DNA of 55,715 bases, filler included, from Moniliella sp. 'wahieum' (lineage: Eukaryota), in NCBI GenBank assembly GCA_003971905.1. It is 3 parts of 3 records of this genome, joined end to end, with 100 filler letters (N's around TTAATTAATTAA, not from the genome) between each part and the next. Parts side by side here need not be neighbours in the genome. Positions count along the whole stretch, not along the records: positions 15,018 to 29,017 come from RSEE01000204.1; positions 29,118 to 55,715 come from RSEE01000205.1; 1 more part is not named here. The stretch is one strand, 5' to 3'. Position numbers and translations under genes: made by a program. This document shows positions 23,201-34,380 of this stretch, one piece after another; position 1 is the stretch's first letter; each line of letters opens with the position of its first letter. The notes under the pieces were generated by a model. That model was not told the origin of the DNA. It saw only the letters and a program-made list of their open reading frames with translations, and did no database searches.

Positions 23201-25411
23201 TTCTGGACATGTACCGGATCTGGAAGGGTGGGCAGGTGCCTTGAACGATGATGCAATAAGGAAAAGACAGAAAGGCGAAGACACCACATCAGCCCGGCCA
23301 TAGTGGAAGAGACGTTCTTGGGTGCCTGGAAGACCAAAGAGCCTCCTCTGCCCTGTGTCTCTGCTTCAACTTCAGTGTGCGCCTCCCTGCGCTTCCAGGA
23401 ACTCGGGTTTTGTTCTGCCGTGTCTTGCACCTCGACGTCGTCAAGCTCGTCTTCCTCTAACTCATCCCCTCGAGGCCGCCGTCGCCATCCGGCACCTCCA
23501 AAATCCCCTCCACACGCACGAGGACCGCCGGAGACGGTGCATTGGCCAACGGCCCGTCGGGCTGGGCGGGTGCCAAATGGCAAGACACTGGCTGAAGGCA
23601 AAGAGCCACATGGGGCCAACCTCCTCCAGGAGGGGCATCCATGGCTGCGTCACTACCACATCAAGCCAAATACCAATGCGAGCAAAGAGCGGGTCAGAAC
23701 TCAGTCGGGTAGCGTCAGGGGCGTCCGGCGGCGGCGTCCACACCGAACCGGAGACGACATCTTCCAGCAAGTCCGCAAGCGGGGTCGAAGTCTCTTCATA
23801 TCCCTCCCGGGCCAGTGGCGGGCATAGGCCTGCTCATGCCTCGGCAAGACCCTCGCGGCTAGAGTGGCGAGCGGGTGCTGTTGCTGCGTGCCCAATGAGG
23901 CGCGAGCGTACAAAAGGAAGCGGGTGAAAACAAGGCAGTCAGCGAGCGTAGCAGTGTAGTTCCTCAGTGTGACAGCTTGGATCTGGAGGCCTGAATGAAA
24001 CTGGGAAGAGGTCGACTCGGCGCCGGGGGCGGGGAGCAAGTGTTGAAATGGATGAGCATAGTCCAATACCTCAGTGGCCCAGGTCACCAAGGTGGCTGCA
24101 GCTTGTTGTCGCTGCGGGCGCAAGCCTGGAAGCTGCCGCGCTTGGGCCAGCGCCATCAACGGCACGCCACCAAAGAGTCGGGAGACGTGCCAGATGCTCG
24201 CAAAAGAGCCCATCCGCTGCTCCTCGTCTGTGATTCGGGTCAAAGAATCAGCGCTTGACAACTGTGGCCCCATGACAGGCGCTACCTGATGTGCAACGTC
24301 GATGGCTCTCCTCAAAGGCCCTCGTTGATTCGGCCGCACGGCGTGGGTCGGGACCTGGCGCAACGTTGTGAAATCCGGCTCAGGGTTGGCGGACGGTTCA
24401 TTCCGGAAGGGGCTAGAAGAGCGATCCGCACGGCCCCTACGGACCTCTTCGTGCATGGCAGTTTCCTGGCCAGCCGAATCAGCGTTCCCTGCATCCTCTC
24501 GGGCCTGCACGCGGCTTCTGCTTCCAGCTTGCACATTCTGGACGGAGCCTGAGGGCCAATCAAGAGCATTCTGGCCTTGCTGGACAGCAGCGGGGAGGCG
24601 AGGCAAGCGACGCTGGGCTCCGGAGATTCTGTCAGATGGAACAATCGCACGCCTGATATGGAAAGTCAAGCGTTGAACCGGCAGGAGGACCATCCTGTAC
24701 TTGTGACCTGTTTTCGGGCATGTAAAGCTGGCGACTCCTTCATCACATGCAAACACTTGGCGCACACTGCCTCGAGTCCAATGGGAACCAGTTCAATAGG
24801 ATGGATAAGGGAAGGGGGAAACATATCTTCAGTCGGCACGAGCGGTTGGCACGACGGAGGCAAAGTACCCAGAGCACGTCTAGCGGCGCGACAACCCTGT
24901 TTATCAAAGGCGACATGAGTGCCACGTCGTGTGAACTACGGGTGTCAAGTGGGTTTCGGAGACAAAATACTGGCATTCGCGGCAGAAGAGCAGGCGAAGA
25001 CGAGGACAATACTCCATGTCGAGCTTGTCGAGGGCAATGCGGACGATAATGAATGGATCACGAAAATTCGAGGCGGCAACCTGGCCCTTGAGAAGGCTGC
25101 AGACGCGAGCGTGTCGGATGGCGGCAAGAGGGGTCGGGGAGGATGTCAAGCAGGCCGAGCAGGTGTAGCCGCCTGAGCAAGGCAGACAGGGGGTCAGGGC
25201 TGGTAAGGGGCCGTCAGGCGGGATTGGAAGGGCACGTACCAGACTCTGACGGCCGAATGGTGACATGGACGGGGGGCAAGTCGGGGCTCAGCTCGATATC
25301 GATTGAAATGATGTGCAGATGAGCGAATGTGGGAACCGGGGGCGTCGCTGGCGAGCCAGGCGAGGCTGAGTCGGCAGGCGGGGACAAGGGCGAGGCGCCG
25401 GGGAAAGACAT
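20214..25411 (-). CDS. DUF3505-like zinc fingers + tyrosine-recombinase-like region + RecQ-like SF2 helicase (telomere-linked-helicase-like), apparently catalytically degenerate
   Basis: Fingers: GYTCSAC..IRH, LLFCRECQY, PIELVPIGLEAVCAKC. Middle region: TLRNY, AGLMWCLRL, LALAIHVCSG, TRSIYV, TRFPDP..YLLLVRPY, QAVH..AYGRS, SRDW. Helicase: motif Ia VILVPL, II RIVLEEAH, III ALSATAP, IV RAIIIANS, V GTSELSVCVDVPD, Zn-binding C..C..CTAC. Probable GT-AG intron at ~21006-21076. Confidence 0.75.
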
Positions 25412-25655
25412 GGGGCCAGCTGCACGCCTGGAGCCCAAGGCGAGGCGGGCGGCGCGAGGAGGGCCGGGGCGGTAGCGAGGCAGAAGAGCAGGGCCTTCCC
25501 TTGTCCAATTCACCAGTGCTGCCACGACGGCCGAAAGCGCGGGCGACGAGACATGAGATGAGCCTGAGGTGGAGGAGGCCGGCGCGGCCGTGGAATGGCA
25601 TTGGTGGGTGAGCACGGCAGCACAGCACGGGGCGGCAACAAATGTTGTTCTCTCG

Positions 25656-25695
25656 TGACCGGGTGACCGGTGACCGCGTGACCGGTGACCGATGA
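25656..25695. promoter_or_regulatory. TGA-CCGG array upstream of the helicase-like gene
   Basis: Six TGA units spaced 7-8 bp apart, about 245 bp 5' of the likely ATG at 25411. Confidence 0.45.
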
Positions 25696-27364
25696 TCAGC
25701 ACTGAGGCTGAACGTCTGAACGCCCCACCTCTTGGTGTTAGTCGGGGCCATTTGCTTCAGCATGTCGGCTCGGCGAGGGACAAAAGGAAAGTGTCAAGGG
25801 CACGACCTGCCCGGGTTAAGTGGTACAATACCTTCTTCATAATAGAGGTCCAACGGTGACTCACGACGTTGACTTGCTTGAGCTGGCAGCGGGGGACATG
25901 GAAAGCCTGCCAGAGCTGGGACTGTGGACCATAGGACTTGATCCGATTTGGCTGGATAAGGATTAACGACGCGACTTGGCTGGGACTTGGCTGACGAGGA
26001 GAGAGAGGGCGGATAGAGAGAAGGCAGCTAATTGAAGGGGAGATGAGGCTGCCTGTACTGAATCAATTGGCGAGGACAGCAGGAGGGGAAGACGCCAAGG
26101 ACTAAAAGGAAACAACGCAGTAGAAGAAGAACGGGGGACAGAGGAGCACAGAGGGTAGAGGCGGTGAGGGCAACCGAACCGTGGAGGAGACGGCGGTATC
26201 GTTTGTCATTCGACCAACCTGGAGTGGGGATGAGGAGAAGACCAAAGCAGCGCGTATATATAGAGGGTGCGTGACAAATGGCATCTCAGCAGCACTTTAT
26301 AGCCGGATGAGAGGGGAGGGTTCACAGGGGTAAGCTGCCATGCCTGGTAGTGGGAGGTGGAATGGGACTTCTTCCAAGCTGCCTGGGCTGCCTGGCAGGA
26401 GCCTCGTTGCGGTGGGTGCCTGCGCCAGATCAGGCCATCGACGGACCGGACAATGTGGTTCGGCCGCTGCCCTCAGTGGGCGAAGGGGATGTGTGCGGGA
26501 TCTTGGTCGGGGAACGCTTGGTTCTACTGGTGAGCGCCGTTGCGGTGGAGATTCCGCGGCCGGAAGCGACGGCACGCAGCGTGTGTTTGACCGCCGCGCT
26601 GCATCCACCGCCCGAGCAGCTGGGCGCTGACGTCGGGGCCGTCCCGTCGAGCTGGCCTGGGATGGAGGGCCAGTGGGTTCACGCGCTTGCGGTGGCTTCC
26701 GGCGTGTCCGACGCGCCGGTCGCTTATTTCTTCGCAGTATATTCTTCTCCTAGCGGGTCATTTTGTACCCACATCTCCTTACGAATCCATTAATTGACCC
26801 ACCAAACAACACCCGCTTCACTTCCTATAGCTCATCAGCGTCCCACCGCGCCGCTTCAGTGACCACCTGTTGGTCTTCCCGAATCCTTCCGCCCAGACAC
26901 TCTTTTTCGTCGATCTCACTCCATGTTGTAGTCTAGTCCTCTGCACGGATCTCGGTGCGGGAACGGAGATTTGGCGACAAAACATGACGGGCCACACCTG
27001 TTTTGATACTAGAGAAACGCCAAATATCAGTCTTACAGGGTGTCTGCCGCCCGTCATCGTAGACATTCAGGGACCATACCGCTCAAGATCTCGTGCTGAA
27101 GGCTGGCAACGTGAACTGTGAGACTAGGAAGTGCAGGAACGGACACTGATTGAAAAAACAGACGCCGGTGCTGCTTTTGGAGGAGAAACGCCATATATAT
27201 AAGCTGGCTGCAGCCCGTCTTTGTGAGCGCTCAGGGCCAAGACCCTCAGGCCCTCGTCTTGGACGCCGGAAGAACGAGCTGGGGAGTGAGACAACCCAGC
27301 AAATTAGGCCAGCCGTTTCACAGTACGGCAACAGTGTTCATTTAAGGGTGCCACCTTCTAAGCT

Positions 27365-29017
27365 TCAACTGTCAGGCCTGATTCCGTGCTCTTCCGTGCC
27401 CTCCCGTGTTTCCGCGGCGGAGGAACATGTCTCTTCCAGCTTCCCTTCTCTCCCTGACACGACCACAGTGTTGGTCAAGTCATCGCCCAACAAGAAGCGC
27501 TTCCCACCCGGGCACCGTTTCCAGGATCAATGGTGAGAGCGCTGAGGATTTCTACTCGCCGAGTTAATGCGTGCTTTCTAGGTATCCAATCCAAGTCCAA
27601 CCGTGGCTGTCTTGTCGTGCTCGAGATGGATAGGTAAGGAAGCGCAACGGGCGCTGGCATTGATAGTCATCATTTCGCTGCACAGCGCGAGCTATGCCGG
27701 CTTCAATCCCATCAGCTCCTGCAAAGGATAGGCTGCGACCGGCAGATGGCGTTTCAACTGGGCGATGCACTGGGCCAGCACGGCATCTTCCACGTCCTCC
27801 ACCCGCGCCTGGAGCAACATCTTGCTGCCTTCCAACCTGAGGCGTGGACCGTGCCATACGCCCACTCAGACTGGACCTTGCACTTGGGACAAGGTGCGGT
27901 GAACGTATCCCGGGCCAGGTCGGCAAGTTCCTGCTCGTACAAAAGGGCACCATGATCCATCCGCCACAACCTTGTGGGCACAGCATACCGTCGCGCGGGT
28001 CGTGCCATAGCATCGTCCCGTCTTTGCCATGCAATGGCGCCGGGGTGCCCGCTTGCATCGCTGTTCGGATCGCGTGTACCGTCTGCCGACCCGCTCGGCA
28101 GATCGTACATCCACATTCAAATCCATACGTCTCGCGAAGCGTCTTGTCTCGCATATGGAGCGGAGTGGTGGGAGGAAGGTAGGAGGTGGTTACTTCCTTT
28201 CCGGGGGAGATGGGCTGGGTACACACCACGCTGAAACATGCGCCGCGCCCCGCTCCGCTGGGTACCCCCACACGGTGTTGGGCGCGCATGCGTGGTTCAT
28301 CAGAGCAGCCTCGGGCACCACAGCAGTTCCCAACGTGTTGCCCCGTCCATCGAGGAGGGCAAATGCGTTACCATGGTACGTGGCCACAAAGTCCAACAGG
28401 GCCGGGGCGGAAGAGAGAGCATAGTTGTCCAGCACATGGTGCAGGTCCTGCTTAGGGTCCCCGCAGTGCAGGTAGTAAGCCAGCTGACTCGCCGTCTTAC
28501 CCAGCTGGGCTTGTTCTGTGTCTGGCAGCTTGGCACGAGGGTTGGCCAGGTGCTCGATGGCCGCCCAGCGTCCCCGGGTACCCAGGCGGGACCGCTGGAA
28601 CAGCAGCCGCGCCATGCCCCGCACCGACTCGTTCGGCACCTGCGTCAGTCCTTCAGAGTCTCGGTGCTCCTCTCCAACGCCTCTTGTCTTCGCTTGGCAA
28701 ACACTTGGAGTGCGCCACACTCGGTCGCATGGGCATGATCACTCTCCTTGCACACGGTGCTGCAGTACACCATCACACCGCATCGACACTTGCGCGCCGG
28801 ACGGGCGTGTGAGAGACAGCCTCCACATACTTCGGGGAGCATGTTGGTCAGGAGCGAGACCGAGTCGGCTCAAGGCGCAGAATTTCATCTCCTGTTGACG
28901 GGTTAGATCGGCTGAAAAGGGGAAGCCAAGTCGAGGCGAGGGGGAAGACGTACCTTTTTGGAGCACGCGACCGTCGAGCGGAGCCCAGAACAGGCCGCGG
29001 CCCTTGCGTTTGGTCGC
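27365..29017 (-). CDS. SET and MYND domain lysine methyltransferase (SMYD-like), 5' end cut by the contig end
   Basis: KGRGLF; MYND finger CGGC..CRCGVMVYCSTVCKESDHAHATEC; ALMNHACAPN; GKEVTTSYL; post-SET YGFECGCTIC. Confidence 0.85.
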
Positions 29018-29117
29018 NNNNNNNNNNNNNNNNNNNNNNNNNNNNNNNNNNNNNNNNNNNNTTAATTAATTAANNNNNNNNNNNNNNNNNNNNNNNNNNN
29101 NNNNNNNNNNNNNNNNN
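29018..29117. other. Artificial contig-joining linker
   Basis: 44 N + TTAATTAATTAA + 44 N. Confidence 0.97.
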
Positions 29118-29345
29118 CTGATCTCGCTCCCATTTCCAATTTCTTCGTCTCGGGCGTCTCGCTCTTTCCCTGTTCCTCCACTTCGCACCGTGTCCTCTGC
29201 TCTTTCTTATCCCACGAATGATTGCTACACTACCCCCTGGCCTAGTCCCATTCTCGTCTCCCTCGCCTTAGCCCCCCGACTGTGACAATGTTGGGAGCAC
29301 AGCATAAAGTACCCTCGCCGCAACACCAAAATTCTCGTAGGATAC
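29118..29345 (+). repeat. Diverged direct duplicate of ~31744-32080
   Basis: Shared blocks in the same order: CCCATTTCCAA-TTCTTCGTCTCG, GATTGCTACA, CTAGTC, TTAGCCCC..GACTGTGACAA. Confidence 0.7.
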
Positions 29346-29788
29346 GTAAACCCTCTCTGCTGCAGCTCTCGCACTAATGCACTCACTCACTCTGTGTTAG
29401 AGCTTGCAGCACATACTAGTATGGCACACCTTCGACGTGTGTGCCAGCCACATCCGCGAAAGAACGCACTCCACGCCTCGCGAGACCACACGCACTTGCC
29501 CGGCGCCAAAAAGACCTTTGATTTCAGAGAGCCTTCAGGGCCGAGCTCAGCTGGAGCTATATACGACATCGACTGATATGGAGGGAGATCCGGGACTCTA
29601 GATTACAAGCGTTTACACTGGTCGCCTTTTCTGACTGAAAGAGCCAGCGTCTGTGCATGAAAAGAACTCTCAGATCATCGATAATCTATTAGGGCTTTAT
29701 AGCGTTGGTCGGTGATGCATGATGATCGATGACACGATGGGGCTTGAAGCTTGACGCGTGACAGTGTTGTGACACACAGAAGCCAAAC

Positions 29789-30035
29789 GCGTGTGACATG
29801 GACATGTGACAGCTGTGATAATGTGACAGGTACCGGTTACCGGTACCACTTAGCACTTAGCGCTTACGTGCTTACGAGTTCTTTTATTAAAAAAGCACAA
29901 GTTCCACATTAAGCGAGGTTATATACTAACCGGTAACCGGTAGGCACGCGTAAGCGCGTAAGCGCTAAGTGCTAAGTGGTACCGGTAACCGGTACCTGTC
30001 ACATTATCACAGCTGTCACATGTCATGTCACACGC
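29789..30035. mobile_element. Fold-back/MITE-like element: ~88-bp near-perfect inverted repeat with a 72-bp AT-rich spacer
   Basis: Arms 29789-29876 and 29949-30035 differ by one substitution and one indel. The inverted repeat is certain; no TSD is seen, so mobility is unproven. Confidence 0.55.
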
Positions 30036-31001
30036 TAACTCGTGCTCATGTCACCGTCACATGTGACACGAGGAAGTGCTATCGGATGACATTCTTAGTG
30101 CCTTCGCAGTCTTCGCTTGCTTCTGCTGGAGGGTAGTGCTGGGGTTCCTTTGCACGGCCCTCGGTGGATCGGTGACGCTCACTTAACCGGGCGGAAGTTC
30201 CGCTCAGGGCGCGCGCGCCCTGCTCGCTTCATCTCCCTTCTCTCTCTCCTCTCTCCTTCCCTTCAATTCAGATGTTGCTTGAAGACTTGTGGCTCACCAC
30301 TTTGCCTTCACGCCTTGTCTGAAGGCTGCATTGCAGCTGATCCATAGGATCGCGAGTGCTCCCAATTCGCACTCTATAGCAGCTTCGTCTGCTTCGCTCT
30401 GTCAACATCTATCCCAGTGCGATGGGGCTTAGACAGAAGGGGGTTACCAAAAAGGGGCCAACCAACAGTCAGCATCCTTGATTGGTGGGGATCCTTTATC
30501 CCACCCTCCGTCCTGTCCAACTCCTGAACGTTTCCAGCCAATTGATTCAGTAATACAGGCAACCTCTCGTCTCCACTTAGCTGCATCATCTTCATCATCC
30601 AACCTCGTCCTCCAGCTTTCCATCTGCCCAGTCGCGCAATCCTTCCGTCAGCCGCGTGGGTTCCTTTCACAGCCACTGCCATGCCTCAGTCCTGGCAGTG
30701 TCTGTCCGCTCCCCTGCATCTACCCGTCTCTCAGCCCCGGAGGCTATCAGACACGTTACTACCCTCCAGCCGGCGTATACGCAGCCTTTCCACGCGTGCA
30801 GCCGCCTCGGCTTCACGCCCAAAGGCTTCTCTTCCTCGCTCGGATCCACCAAGTAGACCAAGCCCGAAACTACCGTGAGTCGTCTTTCACCTAAGGGACT
30901 GTACCCCACCAACCTGAGTGAGCCCCCTGGCAGGGCCCGCCTGCGACAGGGTCGTCGTATTCACGTTACATGGATCGAGCCCACCACCTCTGGTCCACCG
31001 A

Positions 31002-31340
31002 TCATCCTTGCTCCATCCTTCCACCAATTCCCTTTGTCCCCCCTCTCCCTTGTCCTCCCCCCCTCTTCTTGTCCTCCCCCCCCTCTTCTTGTCCTCCCCC
31101 CCCTCTTCTTGTCCTCCCCCCCTCTTCTTGTCCTTGCCCCCCACCCCACCTTATTTTTGTCGCAAAGACCCCAATTGCTTTCCACATCTCCTCCTTGCTC
31201 CACCGCTCCGCGGCAGCCTTGTGGCCAGGTCGACGGCAGTGGGGGCACAACCGTGGGCGTGGATTGAGGGGGCACCTTGAAGCAGTGTGGTCGGTGGTGA
31301 CGCAAGGGGGGCACCGGCGGTGAGTACGGGTAGGGGGCAT
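31002..31340 (-). CDS. Small ORF with CCHC zinc knuckle(s), Gag/nucleocapsid-like
   Basis: CPPCVTTDHTASRC is a perfect Cx2Cx4Hx4C. It is followed by CPHCRRPGHKAAAE, which lacks the last Cys. Confidence 0.45.
   Translation of the reverse strand: MPPTRTHRRCPPCVTTDHTASRCPLNPRPRLCPHCRRPGHKAAAERWSKEEMWKAIGVFATKIRWGGGQGQEEGGRTRRGGGGQEEGGEDKKRGGGQGRGGTKGIGGRMEQG
31033..31133. repeat. Polypyrimidine minisatellite (TTGTCCTC(n)TCTTC), about 5 copies
   Basis: Read directly. C-run length varies between copies. Confidence 0.9.
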
Positions 31341-34300
31341 TTTAAGTGGGTGAGGGACGCGTCGACGCGACTCTGTCATATGCTCGATTATTGGCGAGCC
31401 AGCCCCCCCCCGTCAAGTGCGGATCGGGGAGCAGTAGTGTTCAGGTCGGGGAGCAGTAGGGTTGTTGGCGGATTTTGATGGGTACTCGCATATGGAACTA
31501 AAGGATGTGACCCTCGGTCCTTTCCCTGTCTGGACTCTGGTTGTCACACTCAGGCCACAGCGCCACATGGGCACACGCGTCACATGCATCTTGCCCCTTT
31601 CGTGCAACGCAGGCTTCAAGCTTCAAAAGCTTCAGCGGATCCAGAGCTCCAGCTTCAAGCTTCAGCGTCTGGGCAACCGACGGCCGACAACACCTATATA
31701 GCTCCCCTCGTTCGGGTACAAAAGGGTGGTGTATATGGTTTGGCTGATCTTTCACGCCCATTTCCAACTTCTTCGTCTCGAACGTTTCGCTCTCTTTATC
31801 TCTGTTCTTCCGCTATGCATCCATATCATTGACAAATAAAGCTTAAGAGAAACGCTACGCCTAAATCGACCGTTATATCCTCTGCCCTTGTTGTTGTTTA
31901 TTAGTTGTCCCCACAAACGATTGCTACATTCCTTGATCTAGTCTCGACTCAGGTCTCTTCCTTCGCATTTTATTAGCCCCGACTGTGACAACTGTGGTGT
32001 GGGTTCTTCGTAATTTCAACGATTTTGTTATGGGGCGCTCCGTGCATCTCCGGACACCGAACCCCCATTTCGTAGACCTTTCATGGAAGCACACGCCAGC
32101 CCCGCGACACTTGTGAGTAAGAGTCAGCACGAACAACTTGTCGCGGCTATTTTCCGCGAAGCGTCAGGAAAGGACCGGACTATATCCGCGGCGTACAGTC
32201 TTGGTAGAACCCCACATCTACTGCACCCAGAAGATCGCAGTACGGTCAGAACAGGCCGCCCTTTACCTCTTACTAAGATTCCCTTCCTTCTGTTAATGCC
32301 TGTTTTGATGTTACGGTATATAAGCAGTCCTGTCTGAGGCTTGCTGGCTGTGATCCTCACCGCCCAACCCATGTCTTCTTGCCCCCGCCTTCCCTCTCCA
32401 CTCTTCACCCTTACTTACGAATTTACGACTTGCGTCGACCATTCTCTGCAAGCTGCGGTTACTATCTATAGCGCTTGCTCTTCTTTACCACTCTGTCTGT
32501 TCCCGCCTACTACAGCGTACCGGGTGTGGTAACGCCGCGAGGAACAAGTAACTTCGGAGATCCTGGACCCCTTCAATTGGTCTTAAGACCTACGTACGCG
32601 GCTCCTACCTCGGAGGGTTTGAGCCGCGGCCTTTGCACGCAGGCAGCCACCCAAACTAGAGGGTCTCTCCCTTTTGCCTCTACACCCGCTCGACGGTTCA
32701 ACGTTCAACCAGGATCTGAAGCAGGACTAACGTGGTACGTATAATTCATCGAATGTGGAAAATGCACGACGGAAAAGGCTTCTATATGGATCTGATCCCT
32801 CGTCCCACTGTTGATTTTTGTCCATATATAGTGGAGATTAGAGTAGCGATTATAGGGGGTGAGAAGCTAGCCCTTTTGTCAGCGCCATCATGCATGCAGC
32901 TGATCACGCATCACGCATCGCGCTGTTCTATCCGACTCTCCCCTATGTTCTGCCTGCCCCTAATGGGCTCCTCTCTTGGAATAGATCCATCACCTCCTCT
33001 CTCTCTCTTCTTCTCTCCGTAGGCCTTTGCCCTCTTATTGACACCTTTTACTCCTGGACGGCACGCTTTCCAGCGTGCCTTCCCTTGCATAGACACGCTC
33101 TCCTCCCCCGCTGTGGTGCATTTGGCTGTATAGTATAGCGGTGGAGAACCTTGCCCTTTCCCACGCTACCGGGCTTATTCCCTCACATTTCCTTTGCTGG
33201 CAGTTCTAGAAAGCTAGGGCCACTCTCTCGGCATCGGGATAAATCGAGTCGCGCTCGATGTACTCCTCCTCCAACCAGGCACACTGTACGGGTACAACAA
33301 ACTCCACAGTATCGTGGGTGAATATGAATGGGCTGGCAAAGCGTTTAATTGTATAGTTGTCCGGGATGTGTTGGATAAAAACGCCTTAATTCTTAAACAC
33401 GCGTGATGCGGAGGGCGGGAGATGCGGTGCGGGGCACTGTGGCCACTGCAGCTTCTGTGGTCAGATTCAGACGTAACGCGTAACGCCGCGGACTCTTGCT
33501 TGCCCTGTGCAGCAAAATGAGCTGTTAATATTTAATGACGAGGGAGACGGAAGGCGGTACTGGGCACACGCGGGGCGGGTGCTTAACCAAGTACAACTAC
33601 CGTGCATTATGCCGCGGTCAGGCCACTGGGGGACGGAGGTGCAGTGTGTGTGTGGATTTTATAGTTGTTGCCGCTAATCTGCCAGTGCACTGCAAATAGC
33701 CCCAACTCAGCACCTGCTGCGCAACGCCAGGGACGAAACGCGGGGTCTGGCATGGTCTGGTATCAGACCATCAGGCCTCAGGGGAGGGGAGGGCTTATTT
33801 GGTCTGGACAGAGGGGGGCCGCTAAGAACGCAGTGGTCTGTGCTGGAGCGGGGATTACGCGGCACATCAGCGATGAAATGATGGGGATGGATGATGGATT
33901 ATGGCTTAGCATATGCTGGGGTAAATGAGTGCCCCACACTCTGACCGAAGTACCTGACGAGGCCTGGGCCTGACAAAATTGAGGACGGAATAGATGTACT
34001 GATGGGTCCGGGAGGGGATGTGCCTGTGGCGGGCGGGATGGGATGGCAGGGAAATAGCTGTCGAGCCATACGCATCAGCTCTGTGTGGGTGATAGCGTCG
34101 GCTACTACCGCATATATTACGCTGCCGAATATGACGGAGGACGCTTTCTGAGGGTGATCGTGGTTTGTGTGCCCTCTCCCTATATGCCCTCTCACCTCCG
34201 CACGATCGGAGCAGAATACGATTCATATGTTTATCCCCCCTGCTCCCCCCGCCTCCTAACCCCGCCCCCTTTATCGTTTAAGCCGATCCTCATATTCGTA

Positions 34301-34380
34301 TAAAACCCTCTCCCCCGCAAATGCAACCCCCCATCACCCCTCCTCCCCCGGCCGCCACCCCCCATCGTCCTCCTTCACAT

